Shown here: positions 11,990 to 25,678 of the stretch, in pieces
Position numbering within the stretch: position 1 is the stretch's first letter
Layout: every line of letters begins with the position of its first letter
Position numbers and translations under genes: made by a program
Notes under the pieces: generated by a model
What the model was told of the DNA's origin: nothing
Databases searched by the model: none
Seen by the model: the letters and a program-made list of their open reading frames with translations, nothing else
Assembly (NCBI RefSeq): GCF_963921235.1
Contig: NC_086097.1
Span: 23,314,001-23,378,000 of the forward strand
Source: Mobula hypostoma
Taxonomy: Eukaryota
Length of the DNA stretch: 64,000 nucleotides
Direction of reading: 5' to 3'

Positions 11990-13430
11990 GGGAATAAGCA
12001 TTCGTCTGCCTTCTCCCCATAACCTATCATTCCCTTACTAATCAAGAACCTATCAACCTCCATTTTAAACATACCCAATAGCTTGGCGTCCACAGCCGTC
12101 TGTGACAAAGAGTTCCATAGGTTCACCACTCTTTGGTTGAAAGATTCCTCCTCTAAAGCAATGTCCTTTGATTCTGAAGCTGTGCTCTCTGGTCCTAGAC
12201 TCCCCCACCATTGGAAACATTTTCTCCGTCTCCGCTTGATCTGGGCCTTTCTATATTCAATAGATTTCAATGAGATACCCCCCCGTTTTACTGAACGCCA
12301 GTGATTACAAACCCAGAGCCTCAAACACTCATCGTAACCCATTCATCCCCAGTATCATTCTCGTGGACCTTCTCTGCATACTCTCCATTGGCTGCAAAAC
12401 TTTCCTTAGATAAGGGGCCCAAAACTACCCATAATACTCTAAATGTTGTCTGATCAATGGATTATAAAGTCTAGGCGTTACATCATTGCTTTTATATTCT
12501 AGTCCTCTCGAAATGAGTGCTAACATTGCATTTCCAGTAAGATGACAATGTGTTCAGACACGGTGGCCTCTTGGAGGCCAACCAAAAGCATTTTTTCCTT
12601 TGTTAAGTGGCTTTTTTATGATAGCAAGACAATGCGGGACTCCAAGAGCTTCAGGTACTGCAAGTCTACCCCATCAGGGAGCTGCTCGTTGGCGGAGGTG
12701 TTGAACTGGGTGCAGACCATGTTGCAGCCTGCTACAGGAAGGCATCAGAGGCACTGGAGTTGGTATGCAAAGACAACATCATTGTCTTAGACATTTATCT
12801 TGTGATCGGACACTGTTGGACGTTGATAATGTAAAACGCCGCAGGCCTGTTTCCCTTGTTTGGTGGCATGTCACATTGTGGGGAAGCTACATAGCGAGGA
12901 CTAGTCTTCAAGCCACGGGCTTGCCTGCTGCTGCAGTCTAGCAGAGGAGACACTAGAGGCGGTGTAGCATGCTCAGTTGGAGACTGGCCTCTTCCATTGG
13001 TGCTGCCCTCCAGTCTTCGATCGGTGGAATGATAGGCTGGATTGCATGTGTCTGCGCACTGCGCACTGCCAGCAATTGTACCATCAATTTGCAGGATATG
13101 TTGCTCAGGGACTTGGACTATGTATATGTTTTTTTTTGTGTAACTGTTTTTTTTTTGCTCACGATTTTGAATGTGCTGTGTATGTTTTGCACTTTGGCCC
13201 CACCCCAGAAGAATGCTGTTCCATTTGGCTGTATTCATGCATGGTTAAATGATAACTAAACTTGAATTTGATTTGAATTGGTTTGATTTATTTTCCTTAT
13301 TAATGACTTAACCTGCAAGTTAACTTTTAGGAAATCCTGCATGAGGACTTCTAAGTTCTTCTGATTTCTGAATTTTCTCCCATTTAGAAAATAGTCTGTT
13401 CCCCTCTTCCTTCTACCATAGTGCATAACT
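11990..13430 (-). mobile_element. CR1 fragment split by a non-coding insertion (about 12540-13280)
   Basis: FNQRVVNLWNSL...FKMEVDRFL on the minus strand; CR1 sequence stops at aacattgcattt and resumes at ttttccttattaatgacttaacctgcaagttaac. Confidence 0.75.
12540..13285 (+). mobile_element. Unclassified non-autonomous retroposon, copy 1
   Basis: 5' and 3' ends similar to the reverse copy at about 38680-39558; (ttgaa/tttga)n tail; interrupts a CR1. Confidence 0.6.
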
Positions 13431-14703
13431 ATCCCTGGTGCCACCAACCTGGGACAGCCCAACATCCATGAACACTGTTCAGCACTTGTCCATGTTGCTG
13501 GCCTTTGAGCATGTAGTGAAGGCCCATGAATCCGAAAGTCTTTCGTCATTACCCTTCTGAGATCCTGCTCCATCGAGGGCAACAGAATTGAATTCTGACA
13601 GTGGGGAGAACATACTGTTGCTGCAATAGATGGTTCAAGCAACAAGGAATGTGCTTCTAGTCTTGTAAATACAGTGGAGTTGAAAAGAGAACATCTGTAA
13701 TGGTTTAAATACCCTCATTTACAATGACTGGTTATATTTCTGTGGAACACAATATAATTGGTGGCTTTTAACTCATGGGATTTATCAATAGTATTAATCC
13801 ATAGTCAGCATTAGTCTATAGAGGAAAACTAGCTCCATTTCAAGAGAGGCAATTAAATCACTCAGCAATTAAACACCAAGTAACTAATAGCATTGATCTT
13901 AGGATACCTTATCCTTGAAGGATCCAGTCAGGAAAAACTCTTGTAACATTAATTTTACTGTTGCCTGGTTGCGAAAATTTATTCAATTTCCTTTCTCTGT
14001 ATTGAAATATATTTCTCCTCCATTTATTTAAGTCTTCTTTATCCTGCAGGCCGTCTTCTGGCTGGGGATGCAGTCAGGCAGTTGACAACGGAGTCTATTT
14101 CAAAGCTGGTGAAGCAGCCAGGGGTGACTTTCTGTCAGAACTTTCTGCCTATGTATTAGTACAATATAACCAGGCCCTTTAGCCCATGATGTTATGCTGG
14201 CTTTTTAAACTTACTCCACGATCAATCTAACCCTTCCCTCCCACATAATCTTCCATTTTTCTTTCATCCAAGAGTGTCTTAAGATTTTGCAGAAGCTGGA
14301 AGTCTTGAGTCGTGCACAAAGTGCTGTTGGAACTCAGCAAGTAAGGCAGCATCTCTGGAGGGAAATGAACAGGTGAAGGCTTTCGGCCTAAAAGGTCATC
14401 TCATAAACGCAGATGTCGATCCTAATGAAAGTTTCATAAGACAACAAGATATAGGAGCAGAAGTAGGCCATTCGGCCCATCGAGTCTGCTCTGCCATTCA
14501 ATCGTGGGCTGCTCCATCAGGCCTTCTCTCTTTCAGATGTCAGATACATCTGCCATATCACCCAATTAATCATTCTTAATTCCTGAGTGGAGAAATGCTT
14601 CTGCTTAAACAAACAAAATTGTGAGAAGAAGAATAATTCTAGGGTAATCTAAGTATTTATGGTCATTTATTGTTGAAGGCCCCAGTCTTTGCACTTTCCC
14701 CAT

Positions 14704-17700
14704 TAGACCATGGAGCAGAAGTAGGCCATTTGGCGCATTGATTCTGCTCTGCCATTCAATCATGGGCTGATCCAATTCTTCTGGTCATCCCCACTCCCCT
14801 GCCTTCTCCCCATACCCTTTGATGCCCTGGCTAATCAAGAACCTATCTATCTTTGCCTTTAATGCACCCAATGACTTGGCCTCCGCAGCTCCTCGTGGCA
14901 ACAAATTCTACAGATTTACCACCCTCTAACTAAAGTAATTTCTCCGCATCTCTGTTCTAAATTGACATTCTTCAATCCTGAAGTCACGCCTTCTTGTCCT
15001 AGACTCCCCTACCGTGGGAAATAACTTTGCCATATCTAATCTGTTCAGGTCTTTTAACATTCGGAATGTTTCTATGAGAACCCCCCCCCCCATTCTCCTG
15101 AACTCCAGGGAATACAGCCCAAGAGCTGCCAGACTTTCCTCATTCAGTAAACCTTTCATTCCTGGAATTATTCTTGTGAATCTTCTCTGAAAACCTCTCC
15201 AATGTCAGTATATCCTTCCTAAAATAAGGAGTCCAAATCTGCACACAATACTCCCAAGTGTGGTCTCATGAGTGCCTTATAGAGCCTCAACATCACATCC
15301 CTGCTCTTATATTTATACCTCTAGAAATGAATGCCAACATTGCATTCACCTTCTTCACCACCGACTCAACCTGGAGGTTAACCTTTAGGGTATCCTGCAC
15401 AAGGACTCCCAAGTCCCTTTGCATCTCTGCATTTTGAATTCTCTCCCCATCTAAATAATATTCTGCTCATTTATTTCTTCCATCAAAGTGCATGACCATA
15501 CACTTTCCCACATTGTATTTCATTTGCCACTTCTTTGCCCATTCCTCTAAACTATCTAAGTCTCTCTGCAGGCTCTCTATCTCCTCAACACTACCCACTC
15601 CTTCACCTATCTTTGTATCATTGGCAAATTTAGCCACAAATCCATTAATACCATAGTCCAAATTACTGACATACATCGTAAAAAGCAGCGGTCCCAAAAC
15701 CAACCCCTCTGGAACTCCAGTGGTAAGCGACAACCAGCCAGAATAGGATCCTTTTATTCCCACTTCCTGTGTTCTGCCGATCAACCAATGCTCCATCCAT
15801 GCTAATAACTTCCCTTTAATTCCATGGCCTCTTATCTTGCTAAGTAGCACCTTGTCAAAGGCCTTCTGAAGAATCCAAGTACGCCACATCTATTGCATCT
15901 CCTTTGTCTACCCTGCTTGTAATTTCCTCAAAAAATTGCAGTAGGTTAGTCAGGCAGGATTTCCCTTTCACGAAACCCTGCTGGCTTTGGCCTATCTTGT
16001 CATGTGTCTGCAGGTACGCCGTAATCTCATCCCTAACAGTCGATTCCAACGACTTCCCAACCTCTGATCTCCAGGGTAGCAGGTCTATAGTTTCCTTTTT
16101 GCTGGCTCCCACCCTTCTTAAACAGCGGAGTAATATTTGCAATTTTCCAATCATCTGGTTCAATGCCAGAATCTATCGATTCTTGAAAGATTATTGTTAA
16201 TGCCTCCGCAATCTCTCCAGCTACTTCCTTCAGAACCTGAAGGTGCATTCCATCAGGTCCAGGAGATTTATCCACCCTCAGACCATTAAGCTTCCGGAGC
16301 ACCTTCTCAGTCATAATTTTCACTGTGCATACTTTACTTCCGTGACACTCTTAAATGTCCGGTATACTGCAGATGCCTTCCATTGTGAAGACTGATGCAA
16401 AATACACATTCAGTTCCTCTGCCATCTCTGCATCTCTCATTACAATATCTCCAACGTCATTTTCTATTGGTCCTATATCTACGCTCATATCTCTTTTACC
16501 ATTTATATACTTTAAAAAAGCTTGTAGTATCTTCTTTGATATTAGTTGCCAGCTTCCTTTCATAATTCATTTTTTTTCCCTTCCTAATGACCTCCTTAGT
16601 TTCCTTGTGCAAGTTTTTAAAAGCTTCCTAATCCTCTATCTTCCCACTAGCTTTAGCTTCTTTGTATGCCTCTCTTTTGCTTTTACTTTGGCTCTGATTT
16701 CACTTGTCAGCCATGGTAGTGTCCTTCTTCCATTCAAAAATGTCTTCTAATTTGGAATATATCTGTCTTGCACTTAATTCATTTTTCGCAGAAGCTCCAG
16801 CCATTGCTGCTCTTCTGCCCTTCCTGCTATTGTCCCTTTCTAGACAACTTTCGCCATTTCCCCTCTCATGCCATTATAATTTCCTTTATTCCACTGAAAT
16901 ACCGACACATTGGAATTTAGTTTCTCCTTCTCAAATTTCAAAGTGAACTCTATCATATTGCGATCACTGTTCCCAAAGGGTTCCTTAACCTTAAGCTCTC
17001 TTACCATCTCCGGATCATTGCACAACACCCAGTCCAGCACAGCCGATCCCCTAGTGGGCTCAACAGCAAGCTGTTCTAAAAAGCCATCCCTTAGACATTC
17101 TACAAATACTCTCTCTTGAGGTCCAGTACTGACCTAGTTTTCCCAATCCACTTTCTTGTTAAAATCCCTCAACAATTATCATGACATTGCCCTTCTGACA
17201 CATCTTTTCTATCTCCTGCTGTAATTTGTAATCCACATCCTGGCTGCTGTTTGGAGGCCTGTATACAACTGCCAATAGGGTCCTTTTACCCTTGCCATTT
17301 CTTAACTCAACCCATAGAGACCTTCCAATCTATACCTTCCAATCCTATGTCATCCCTTTCTAATGATTTAATATTATTTCTTATAAACAGGCCACAACAC
17401 TCCCTCTGCCTACTAACCTATCTTTCTGATACATCGTATATCCTTGGATGTTCAGCACCCAATGGCAGCCACCCTTTAGCCAAGTTTTAGAGATGGCCAC
17501 AGCATCATACTTGCCAATCTGTAGGTGAATTTCAAGATCTTCCATTTTCTTTCTTGTGCTGCGTGCATTCAAATACAACACTTTCAGTCCAGTATTTGTT
17601 GCTTTCTGTTGTAAATCATCCCGCCTACTGTGATTATGCCTCATCTCCTGCCTGTCCTTCCTATCATCTCTGTTGCACACTGTCTTTGATTTATTTCTGT

Positions 17701-18330
17701 TTTCCTGTTTTCCCCTTCCTCAGCCCTGTCACTCCAGTTCCCAGCTCCCTGCCAAATTAGTTTAAACCCTCTCTAACAGCTCAATTAAACCCACATGTTA
17801 GGATATTGGACCCCTTTGGGTTCAGTTGTAACCCATCCTTTTTGTACAGGTTGTCCTTCCCCAGAAGAGGCCCCAGTGATTTAAGAACCTGAAGTCTTAC
17901 CCCTCAACAGTCACTCAGCCACACATTAATAAGCCGGATCATGCTATTCCTGCGCGTGTTAGCACGTGGCACAGGGAGCATCCTGAAATTACCACCCTGG
18001 AGGTCCTGCTTTTCACCTTCCTACCCAACTCCCTGAATTCTCTCTTCAGGACCTCCTCCCCTTTTTCAACCTATGTCATTGGTTCCAACGTGTGCCAAGA
18101 CTTCTGGCTGCTCACCCTCTCCCTTCAGAATACTCTGCACCAGATCAGAGACATCCCGTACCCTGGCACCTGGGAGGCAACTCGCCATGCGGTTATCTCT
18201 ATCAGGCTGACAGAACCCCCTGTCTGTTCCCCTCACTATGGAATCCCCTATGACTACTGCATTCCTCATCTTCTTCTCTCCTTTCTGCACCACAAAACCA
18301 GACTCAGTGCCAGAGACCCGGTCGTTGACC
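14704..18330 (-). mobile_element. Long decayed CR1 LINE (ORF1 esterase-like remnant, APE endonuclease, reverse transcriptase, 3' UTR)
   Basis: VVIGDSIVRG...CLPGARV...HVGTNDIG (SGNH-like ORF1); LKVLYLNARS...AISKTWL and LDWVLCN (APE); KSPGPDG, KSCLTNLLQFFE, GVPEGLVLGPLLF, KFANDTK (RT). Multiple frameshifts. Confidence 0.93.
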
Positions 18331-18975
18331 CAATGACACATTCAGCCATTTTCATCAGAGATGATGCCGAGGCGTGTCTAGTCCAGGGGTATTTATACTC
18401 AACTCCCATTGTCCATCCCTCCTGATTGGTTCGTCCTCAACCAAATAGGTTTCTGCTGTCCCACTTCGTTTAAAATCATATTCTAGTTTTTACTTAGAGC
18501 AAGACCTACGTCTTTGTTGAAATTCACATTCTCTAGTCTTATTTCAATGGCTTCCTTCACCAGGCAGTCCCAAAAGCCATTGGCACAGCACAGTAGTTTT
18601 GTCCTGTCAGTCAGTCCTGTGGTCGTTGTGCGTGCTGTGTTCTACTACCACGGGTTTCTCCGGGAAACCCAAATGTATACACCTCCTATATTCCTTGACG
18701 CAGGTTTCCACCGTGTGCCCCATCTGACTGATACACACTGCTCCACATTCACAGGGAATCCTGTTAACGCCAGCTGTCCTGAGACCCAGGTCATTTTTTT
18801 TACTCACATAAACTGGGAGTGGCGCTTCCTCGCGGGTTTGTGGATGGCATTGATCCGGTATTTCTTCCGGATCCTGGTGATCTTTCCAGGAACTGTGGAA
18901 ATATAGGGAAGACCGGCGGTAGCAATGGATTCCTCCTCATTGTTAGTTTTCCCAGTTTTTTCTGGTTTTCTAAAA
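18331..18975 (-). mobile_element. Second Penelope-like lineage: GIY-YIG fragment plus truncated terminal repeat
   Basis: LPYISTVPGKITRIRKKYRI...GVNRIPCECGAVCISQMGHTVETCVKEY...VVEH, a decayed GVY.IPC.CG..YIG.T.R motif distinct from the other Penelope family. Confidence 0.8.
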
Positions 18976-21000
18976 GTTAACTGTTTATTCCCCTCCATAG
19001 ATGCTGCCTGACTTGCAATGAGACACTTTAATGTCCTTAATAGATCTTCTTCTACCACCACTCCAACAGCCCTCCATTCACCTATCACTCTCTGTTTATT
19101 TAAAAACAACACCCTGACATCCCTCATTTGCTTTCTTCTAACCTCCTTCAAATTATATCCTTATGTATTAGCCATTTCCACCCTGGGAAAAATTCTTTTG
19201 AGACTGGCTAACTACGTATCAAACGCTACTTGTATTAAGCCTTTCATTCTGGGAAAAAATTCTTTCATTTTTTGGAACCCCCTGTGGACTCTCTCCAGGG
19301 CCAGCATATATTTCCTTAGATATTGAGTCCAACCTCACTCACGATATTCCAGATGCAGTCTGACCAATGGCTTGTAAAGCCTCAGCAGAACATTCTTGCC
19401 TTTATATTCTAGTTCCCTCAAAATAAATTAGATGTATGCTTTCACTACCTTCATGGAAAAGTCACGTCTGATTTTTCACATCCTTTCAGATAGAATATAT
19501 AGACCATAAGATATAGGAGCAGAAATAAACCATTTGGCTCTGCTATTTCATCATGGCCACTCCATTTTTTCTTTTCCCAATCTCCTGCCTTCACCCTGTA
19601 TCCCTTCATGCCCTGACTAATCAAGAATCTATCAACCTCTGCCAATGACTTAGCCCACATAGCCGCATGTGGCAACAAATTCCACATATTTACCATCCTC
19701 TGCTTAAACAAATTCCTCTTCATCTCCACTGTCAATGGATGGCTCTCTATTCTGCAGCTGTGCCCTCCGGACTTAGACTACCCCCCTCCGCAGCAATTGT
19801 AGTTATTCTGAAAACAGGCTGCTGGATCTGTCAATCCCTATTTTCAAACTCCTTTTTGTTTCAATAGAGTAGGACAGTCGCATGTGCCTTCACCAAATTG
19901 TTCAAGCTTTTCTGTGATCTGCTGAATTTTAGGAGATGAGACTAATACATCCACTAATTCAGTGACTACCTTTCTGAGTAGTCCTATTTTTTCACAGACA
20001 TCAATTTTAACTTCATGGCTTTGAAAAATTATAACTCTTTATTTGTCTCAGAACAATTGGCACATGCATGAAAGAGAAATGAAGGGCTTTGCAGAAGGGA
20101 AGGACTAAATTGATTTTGGAGTAGGTTTTAGGGCTAAACATCGAGGCTGAAGGGTTTGTACTGTGCTGCACTGTTTTATGTTCTATTTTCTACGTAATTG
20201 GTTTTTACGAAACCCATACTGTCCTGTGCTTTGTGACCTCCAGCAACCTCCAGAATATTAGCTTCCCATTTGCTCCGTGATTACTTTCTCAACAAGGACG
20301 TGGTAAAATTCAACCTCCTACTCTAAGGCTCATACCAGGTTGCTTTCTTTCATTCTACCACTGACCACTTTGTTGCAGCGTTGTCGCCCAGACATTCTTT
20401 TGGTGCAACACACACGAAACACTGGAGGAACTCAGCAGCTCAGGCAGCGCCTATGGAGGGGAATGAAGTGTCGACGTTTCAGGCCGAGCCCCTTTCCCAG
20501 ATGTATGTGCTGCTGACTTGCTGATTTTCTCCAGCATTTCATGAATGTTGCTCGGAATTTCTGGTGCCTGAAGAGTTTGTGGTGCAGGTTTATTATTGTC
20601 ACGTGTGCTGAGGTACAGAGAACAATAAGCCATCCATACAGATCATTTCAAAACATAAAGAAATTAAGATAGTATAGAAGGAAAAGAAATAACAGAATGC
20701 AGAATTAAATGTTGCAGAGGAAAATGCAGTGCAGATAAACAATAAGGTGCATGGGCCAGGTTGAGGTAGATTGTGAGGTCAAGGATTCATCTTCAACGTT
20801 TGATAGATCTAATTTTCCTGTTGCCCTCAGGAGCAGGTAAAGTGACCCTTGAGGCTCACCTTCAGTGCGAGCTTTTCTAAAATACTGGCATTCAGAAACT
20901 GAACTTTTATGTGCTCTTGCATCTTTTACTGAGATGATCCTGCTGGGAAAGCCTAGTAGTAGTCCTCAAGGGGAAGCCCATGTGATCCCCCGGGAACTCT

Positions 21001-21335
21001 AGGCGGCGCAGAAGCCAAGTGGTCAGTGCAGTGCTTTGCAGCGCCAGCTGTAAGATCGGCGTTTTGATTCCCGCCGCTGTCTCCTACGGAGTTTGTTCTC
21101 CCTGTGCCCACATGGGTTTCCTCCAGGTGCTCGGGTTTCCTTCCATATTCCAAACATGTTCAGTTAGGGTTAGTGAGTTGTGGTCAGGCTGTGTTGGCAC
21201 CAGAAGTGTGGCGACTCTTGTGGGCTGCTCAGTGTAACCCTTACTGAATTGATTTGATGCAAATGACACATTTCACTGTATGTTTCAATCTTTCAACGTC
21301 CAGGTGACAAATAAGACTTACCTTTAAACTTTAAA
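21001..21335 (+). mobile_element. V-SINE-like element
   Basis: Decayed tRNA head followed by ggagtttgttctccctgtg...ggtttcctccaggtgctcgggtttcc. Confidence 0.75.
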
Positions 21336-21521
21336 CATCTTATTCCTGCAGGGTCTCTTTTTCACCACTTTGTCTCTGATCCTTTAGTTGCAGCTAAATC
21401 ATTCTCAATTGCTGGAAGGATTTTGCCTTTATCAGTCCTGAAGAAGGGCCTCAGCCTGAAGTGTTCATTTCATTTCCATAGATGCTGCCTGACCAGCTGA
21501 GTTCCTCCAGCATTTTGTGTG

Positions 21522-21980
21522 TGTAACTCTTGGTTCGGCTAGCAGCTTAATCTAGGGGAAGACAGCCCTTGGCCCGGCCAAACTTAAGAAATCTCGTTTG
21601 GGTGGATACTGCGTGATGTGTCCCCTGTTACAAATCAGTACCACGAAATAACTAACAGTACACAATATGCCATTAATTTGACTCAATGGTTAGTAAAGAA
21701 ACAAAAAAAAAAGAAAAGGGCCCATTTTCATGAAACAGTTTACTGTGTAACGTTGGAGCTTGCGGTTCAGTCCACTGGTTCCCCGTCGACCTCCTCTGAG
21801 CGTAGCCGACCCTCAGACCCTCACTCCAAGTCCACTCCATCTGACAGTCTACCAACTTTCTCCATTCACATCTCTCCTCATTGCTCCCCAGCAAAAGATT
21901 GCAAAATTCCCAGACCCACAAGAAAGAACAACATGCCTCTCATTGGATAGCCCACATTCCAAAGCCCCGTTATCTCCAGT
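21522..21980. mobile_element. LTR-like fragment, unclassified
   Basis: Begins TGTAAC, truncates a Penelope tail on the left and abuts a CR1 on the right; non-coding. Confidence 0.35.
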
Positions 21981-22550
21981 CATCCTTTCGTTTCAGTCTC
22001 CACCACCATCATCGGCGCCCCATTCCACGCAATCACCACACTCTGTGTAAAAAACTTGCCCCTGACATTTCCTGTGTACCTACTTCCAAGTACCTTAAAA
22101 CTACGCCCTCTCATGCTAGCTATTTTAGCCCTGGGACTGTCCACACGATCAATGCCTCTCATTATCTTGTACACCTCTATCAGGTCACCTTCCATTCTCC
22201 CTCGCTCCAAGGAGAAAAGTCCAAGTTCACTCAATCTACATTCATAAGGCATGCTCCCCAAACCAGGCATCATCCTTGTAAATCTCCTCTGCACCCTTCC
22301 TATGGTTTCCACGTCCTTCTTGTAGTGAGGCGACCAGAATTGAACACAGTACTCCAAGTGGGGTCTGATCAGGGTCCTATAAAGCTGCAACATTACCTCT
22401 TGGCTCTTAAACTCAATCCCACGATTGATGAAGGCCAATGTACTGTATGCCTTCTTAACCACAGAGTCAACCTGCGTAGCAGCTTTGAGTATTCTATGGA
22501 CTTGGACCCCAAGATCCCTCTGATCCTCCACACTGCCGAGAGTCTTATCT
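21980..22550 (-). mobile_element. CR1 ORF2 fragment with a long open frame (relatively young)
   Basis: QRDLGVQV...LYRTLIRPHLEYCVQFWSPHYKKD...RVQRRFTRM...LGLFSLE...FFTQSVV. Confidence 0.9.
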
Positions 22551-24987
22551 ACCTTGGGTAGTGAGCGGGACAGATACATTAGAGACATTTAGGAAACTCT
22601 TAGATAGGTACATGAATGACAGAGATATTATGGGCTATCTAGGAAGACCTTTGAGTTGGTTAAAGGGTTGGCACAACATTGTGGGCTGAATAGGCTCCAC
22701 TGTTCGGTAATTTTTATGTTCTACCTTTGTCAAGATCAACTTGCATAGTATGCCTCTGTTCTTTGATATGTTAATAGCACAAAAATACTGGACATCTTCC
22801 AATAAAAGGGGAAGTTGTGTTAATAACATCAGAAGATGTAATAAAGAACTCTTTCAAGAATGGTGTGTTGATCTTGTTTAAAAGCATTAAGCTTTTCCTC
22901 AATTTTGTTCTGTCAATCATCACACATATTTTGTACTCTTATAACATGATTTTTTTTGTCTAAAATCTTCCAGTAAATATAAAAAAGGGGAAATGTAGCC
23001 ATCACATCTTTTTGAATGCAAATCATTGGCATAAATAATTACTTCCATGCAGGTGATAGGGCAAATTTAGAGGAGAACTTGATGTGATATTTTTAATGAT
23101 AAATATGTCACAAATACATAACTGTAAATTATAAGACTCTTTGATTGTGGCCTCATAATTAAAAAATACAAGATTCTCTCTCTTTAGATCAAAGAAAAAT
23201 ATCCTTTCCAACTGTGGATCTATTTAGTTTGAAGCTCTGTTTTGCACTGCAGGCTTTTAACGTGTGTTATGTGAGCAAGCTGCGTGCTTTAAGTGTAAAA
23301 ATTCCTGCCATAAATATTTCAATAAAACACTTAATTGATATAATTATCATCACCTTTTCAAGATGACTCTTTATCACTATTTTTCTGGTAGTGTATATTT
23401 TTCTTTGGTTCGTTCACAATTTGGACAGCTTTTAATTGTGATTTTCTTTAAATTGGTGTTTAAGTAAACAATTGAAGTTGACTGTGATTAAAATATTTTA
23501 CAAATTCTTTTGCAATAGATTGTCTGCCATTATCATATGCTCCTAGCTGTCACCTTCCCCAAGTACTAAGTTCTTGCTTAATCTAATCCAACAGAAAACA
23601 AGGGAATTGATTAAAATGCCAACAAAGTCCTGCTGTAAAATGTTTTTGAAATGGAAGTTGCAAAATGGTCGTGCTGAGGAGCCTGGTTCTGTGCTGTAGT
23701 TCTCTATGAATATAATTTCGGTCTGTATCCTTGGAGCTTCATAAACATTGAGTCATAGAGTATTAGAAAGTTACAGTGCAGAAACAGGCCATTCGGCCCA
23801 TCAAGTTCATGCCGAAGTATTATTTTGCCTAGTCCTATCGACCTGCACCTGGACCATAACCCTCCATACCCCTATAATCCATGTACCTATTCAAACTTCT
23901 CATAAATTCTAAATGCACTCTGGCTGCAGTGATGCCAGGCTTCCTATCTTTCATAAATCTTCAGTTCTGAATTTATTTGCTTACTTTTATTATCTGCTCG
24001 ATTTTTTGCTTTTTTCTCTCTGCACATTGAGTGTTTGACTGTCTTCATCTTTTTTAAATGGGTACTTTTGAGGTTTCTTTGTTTTGTGGCTGGCTGTAAG
24101 GAGGTGAATCTCAAGATTGTATAACATTTACATACTTGGATAATAAATGTCCTTTGAACTTTGGACTTTGAAATCGCCCTCGTGTCCATCCATTCCGGCA
24201 ACTTGTTCGTTAGTTTGCCTTCACATTGATAAGCAAATATTCCAAGGCACTTCAAATGAATGTAGATGGACAACGAAAAGATAGTGAATCAAAAAGGAGG
24301 TATTAAAAAGGATGGCAAAAAGATTGCTTGAACTGGAGGGTTGCAAATAAATGATTTAATGGTTATCTAGTTGCCAATAGTGGAATTAGGAGATTGAGGA
24401 TATTCATAAGTGGACATGGTTGGCAAATGCAGTATTGCTCAGTTCTGGTATCATGGAATCTTACATATTTGCTGTCTTCAGGAAATCCAATAGATGTTGA
24501 CAAAATATTGAGCAAATGTTGCAGAAATGCTGAATTATCGATTATATAAGCAGCCTGAGTAATGGCACAGTATTGAATCTTCGTGAAAGACCAGGAACTG
24601 CGACATAAACAAGGACTCCACAACTGATGTGCTCAACATTCTTCATCCACATTTTTTTTAAATATTTGAACAGTTTGTCTTACTTTGCACATTGGCTATT
24701 TGTCACTCTTGGTTTGTATGTAGTTTTTCATTGATTCAATTGTATTTTTTGTTCTACCGTGAAATCTCTGCAAGAAAATGAATCTCAGAGTAGTATATGG
24801 TGATATATACACACTTTGATAATAAATTTACTTTGAACTTTAAACATTTGAGGCTTTAAAAGTGGCTGAAATGGACAGGTGCCTCGGGTGCCTGAGTTCT
24901 AATATCAGTCAGGTATTCAGAAGAGGTGCGACTGATGTCAAGTACTTTAAATTCCCTTAAAGTAATTCTGATTAAAAAAAATAAAGA

Positions 24988-25575
24988 GATTAGATTTACT
25001 TGTCACATGTATATTGAAACATACAGTGTAATGTGATATTTGAGGATTGTGCTGGACGGCCTGCAAGTGTCACCATGCTTCCGATGCCAACGACTACCAA
25101 CCCTGAACTATATTCCTTTGGAGGAATGTAGGAGGAAACCAGAGCACCCGGAGGCAACTCGTGTTGTCACAAGGAGAACATGTGAACTCCTTACAGACTG
25201 CAGCAGGAATTGAACCCTGGCCTTGCATATAGCACCATAAAGTGTAAAGCTATCCGCTACACTACTGTGCCACTCCTGGTATGTAGAGACCCCAAAAAGC
25301 TGCACCTCTAGCACATTTTGTTGTTTTTCCTACTCCCATTTTATTTTATTTTTTAATTAGTTGTATTGTGGAGATACAGCATGGAACCAGCCCTTCGGGT
25401 CCAACAAGCCACACTACCCAGCAACCCACCTATTTAAACCCAACCTAATCAGAGAACAATTTACAATGACCGAGTAACTTACCAACCGATATGTCTTTGG
25501 ACTGTGGGAGGAAACCGGAGCACTCAGATTAAACCCACACGTACAGACTCCTTACAGGGGACACTAGAATTGAAC
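24988..25575 (-). mobile_element. Two tandem V-SINE-like copies
   Basis: gtaggaggaaaccagagcacccggagg and gtgggaggaaaccggagcac central domains. Confidence 0.7.
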
Positions 25576-25678
25576 TGTTTCTTTTTGGAAAAAAAAAATT
25601 GAAATATCAGTTCCAATGTAACTCAGCAGTTAACAGTGGCATTTAAACCATTCAATCATTAAAATAAATTGCTAATTC

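Noticed and set aside
14049..14122. Exon-like segment after tcttctttatcctgcag
   Set aside because: No neurexin-like translation and only weak downstream donors; such acceptors occur by chance.
21881..22561. 226-aa plus-strand ORF, the longest in the track
   Set aside because: Antisense shadow of the CR1 ORF2 fragment on the minus strand.
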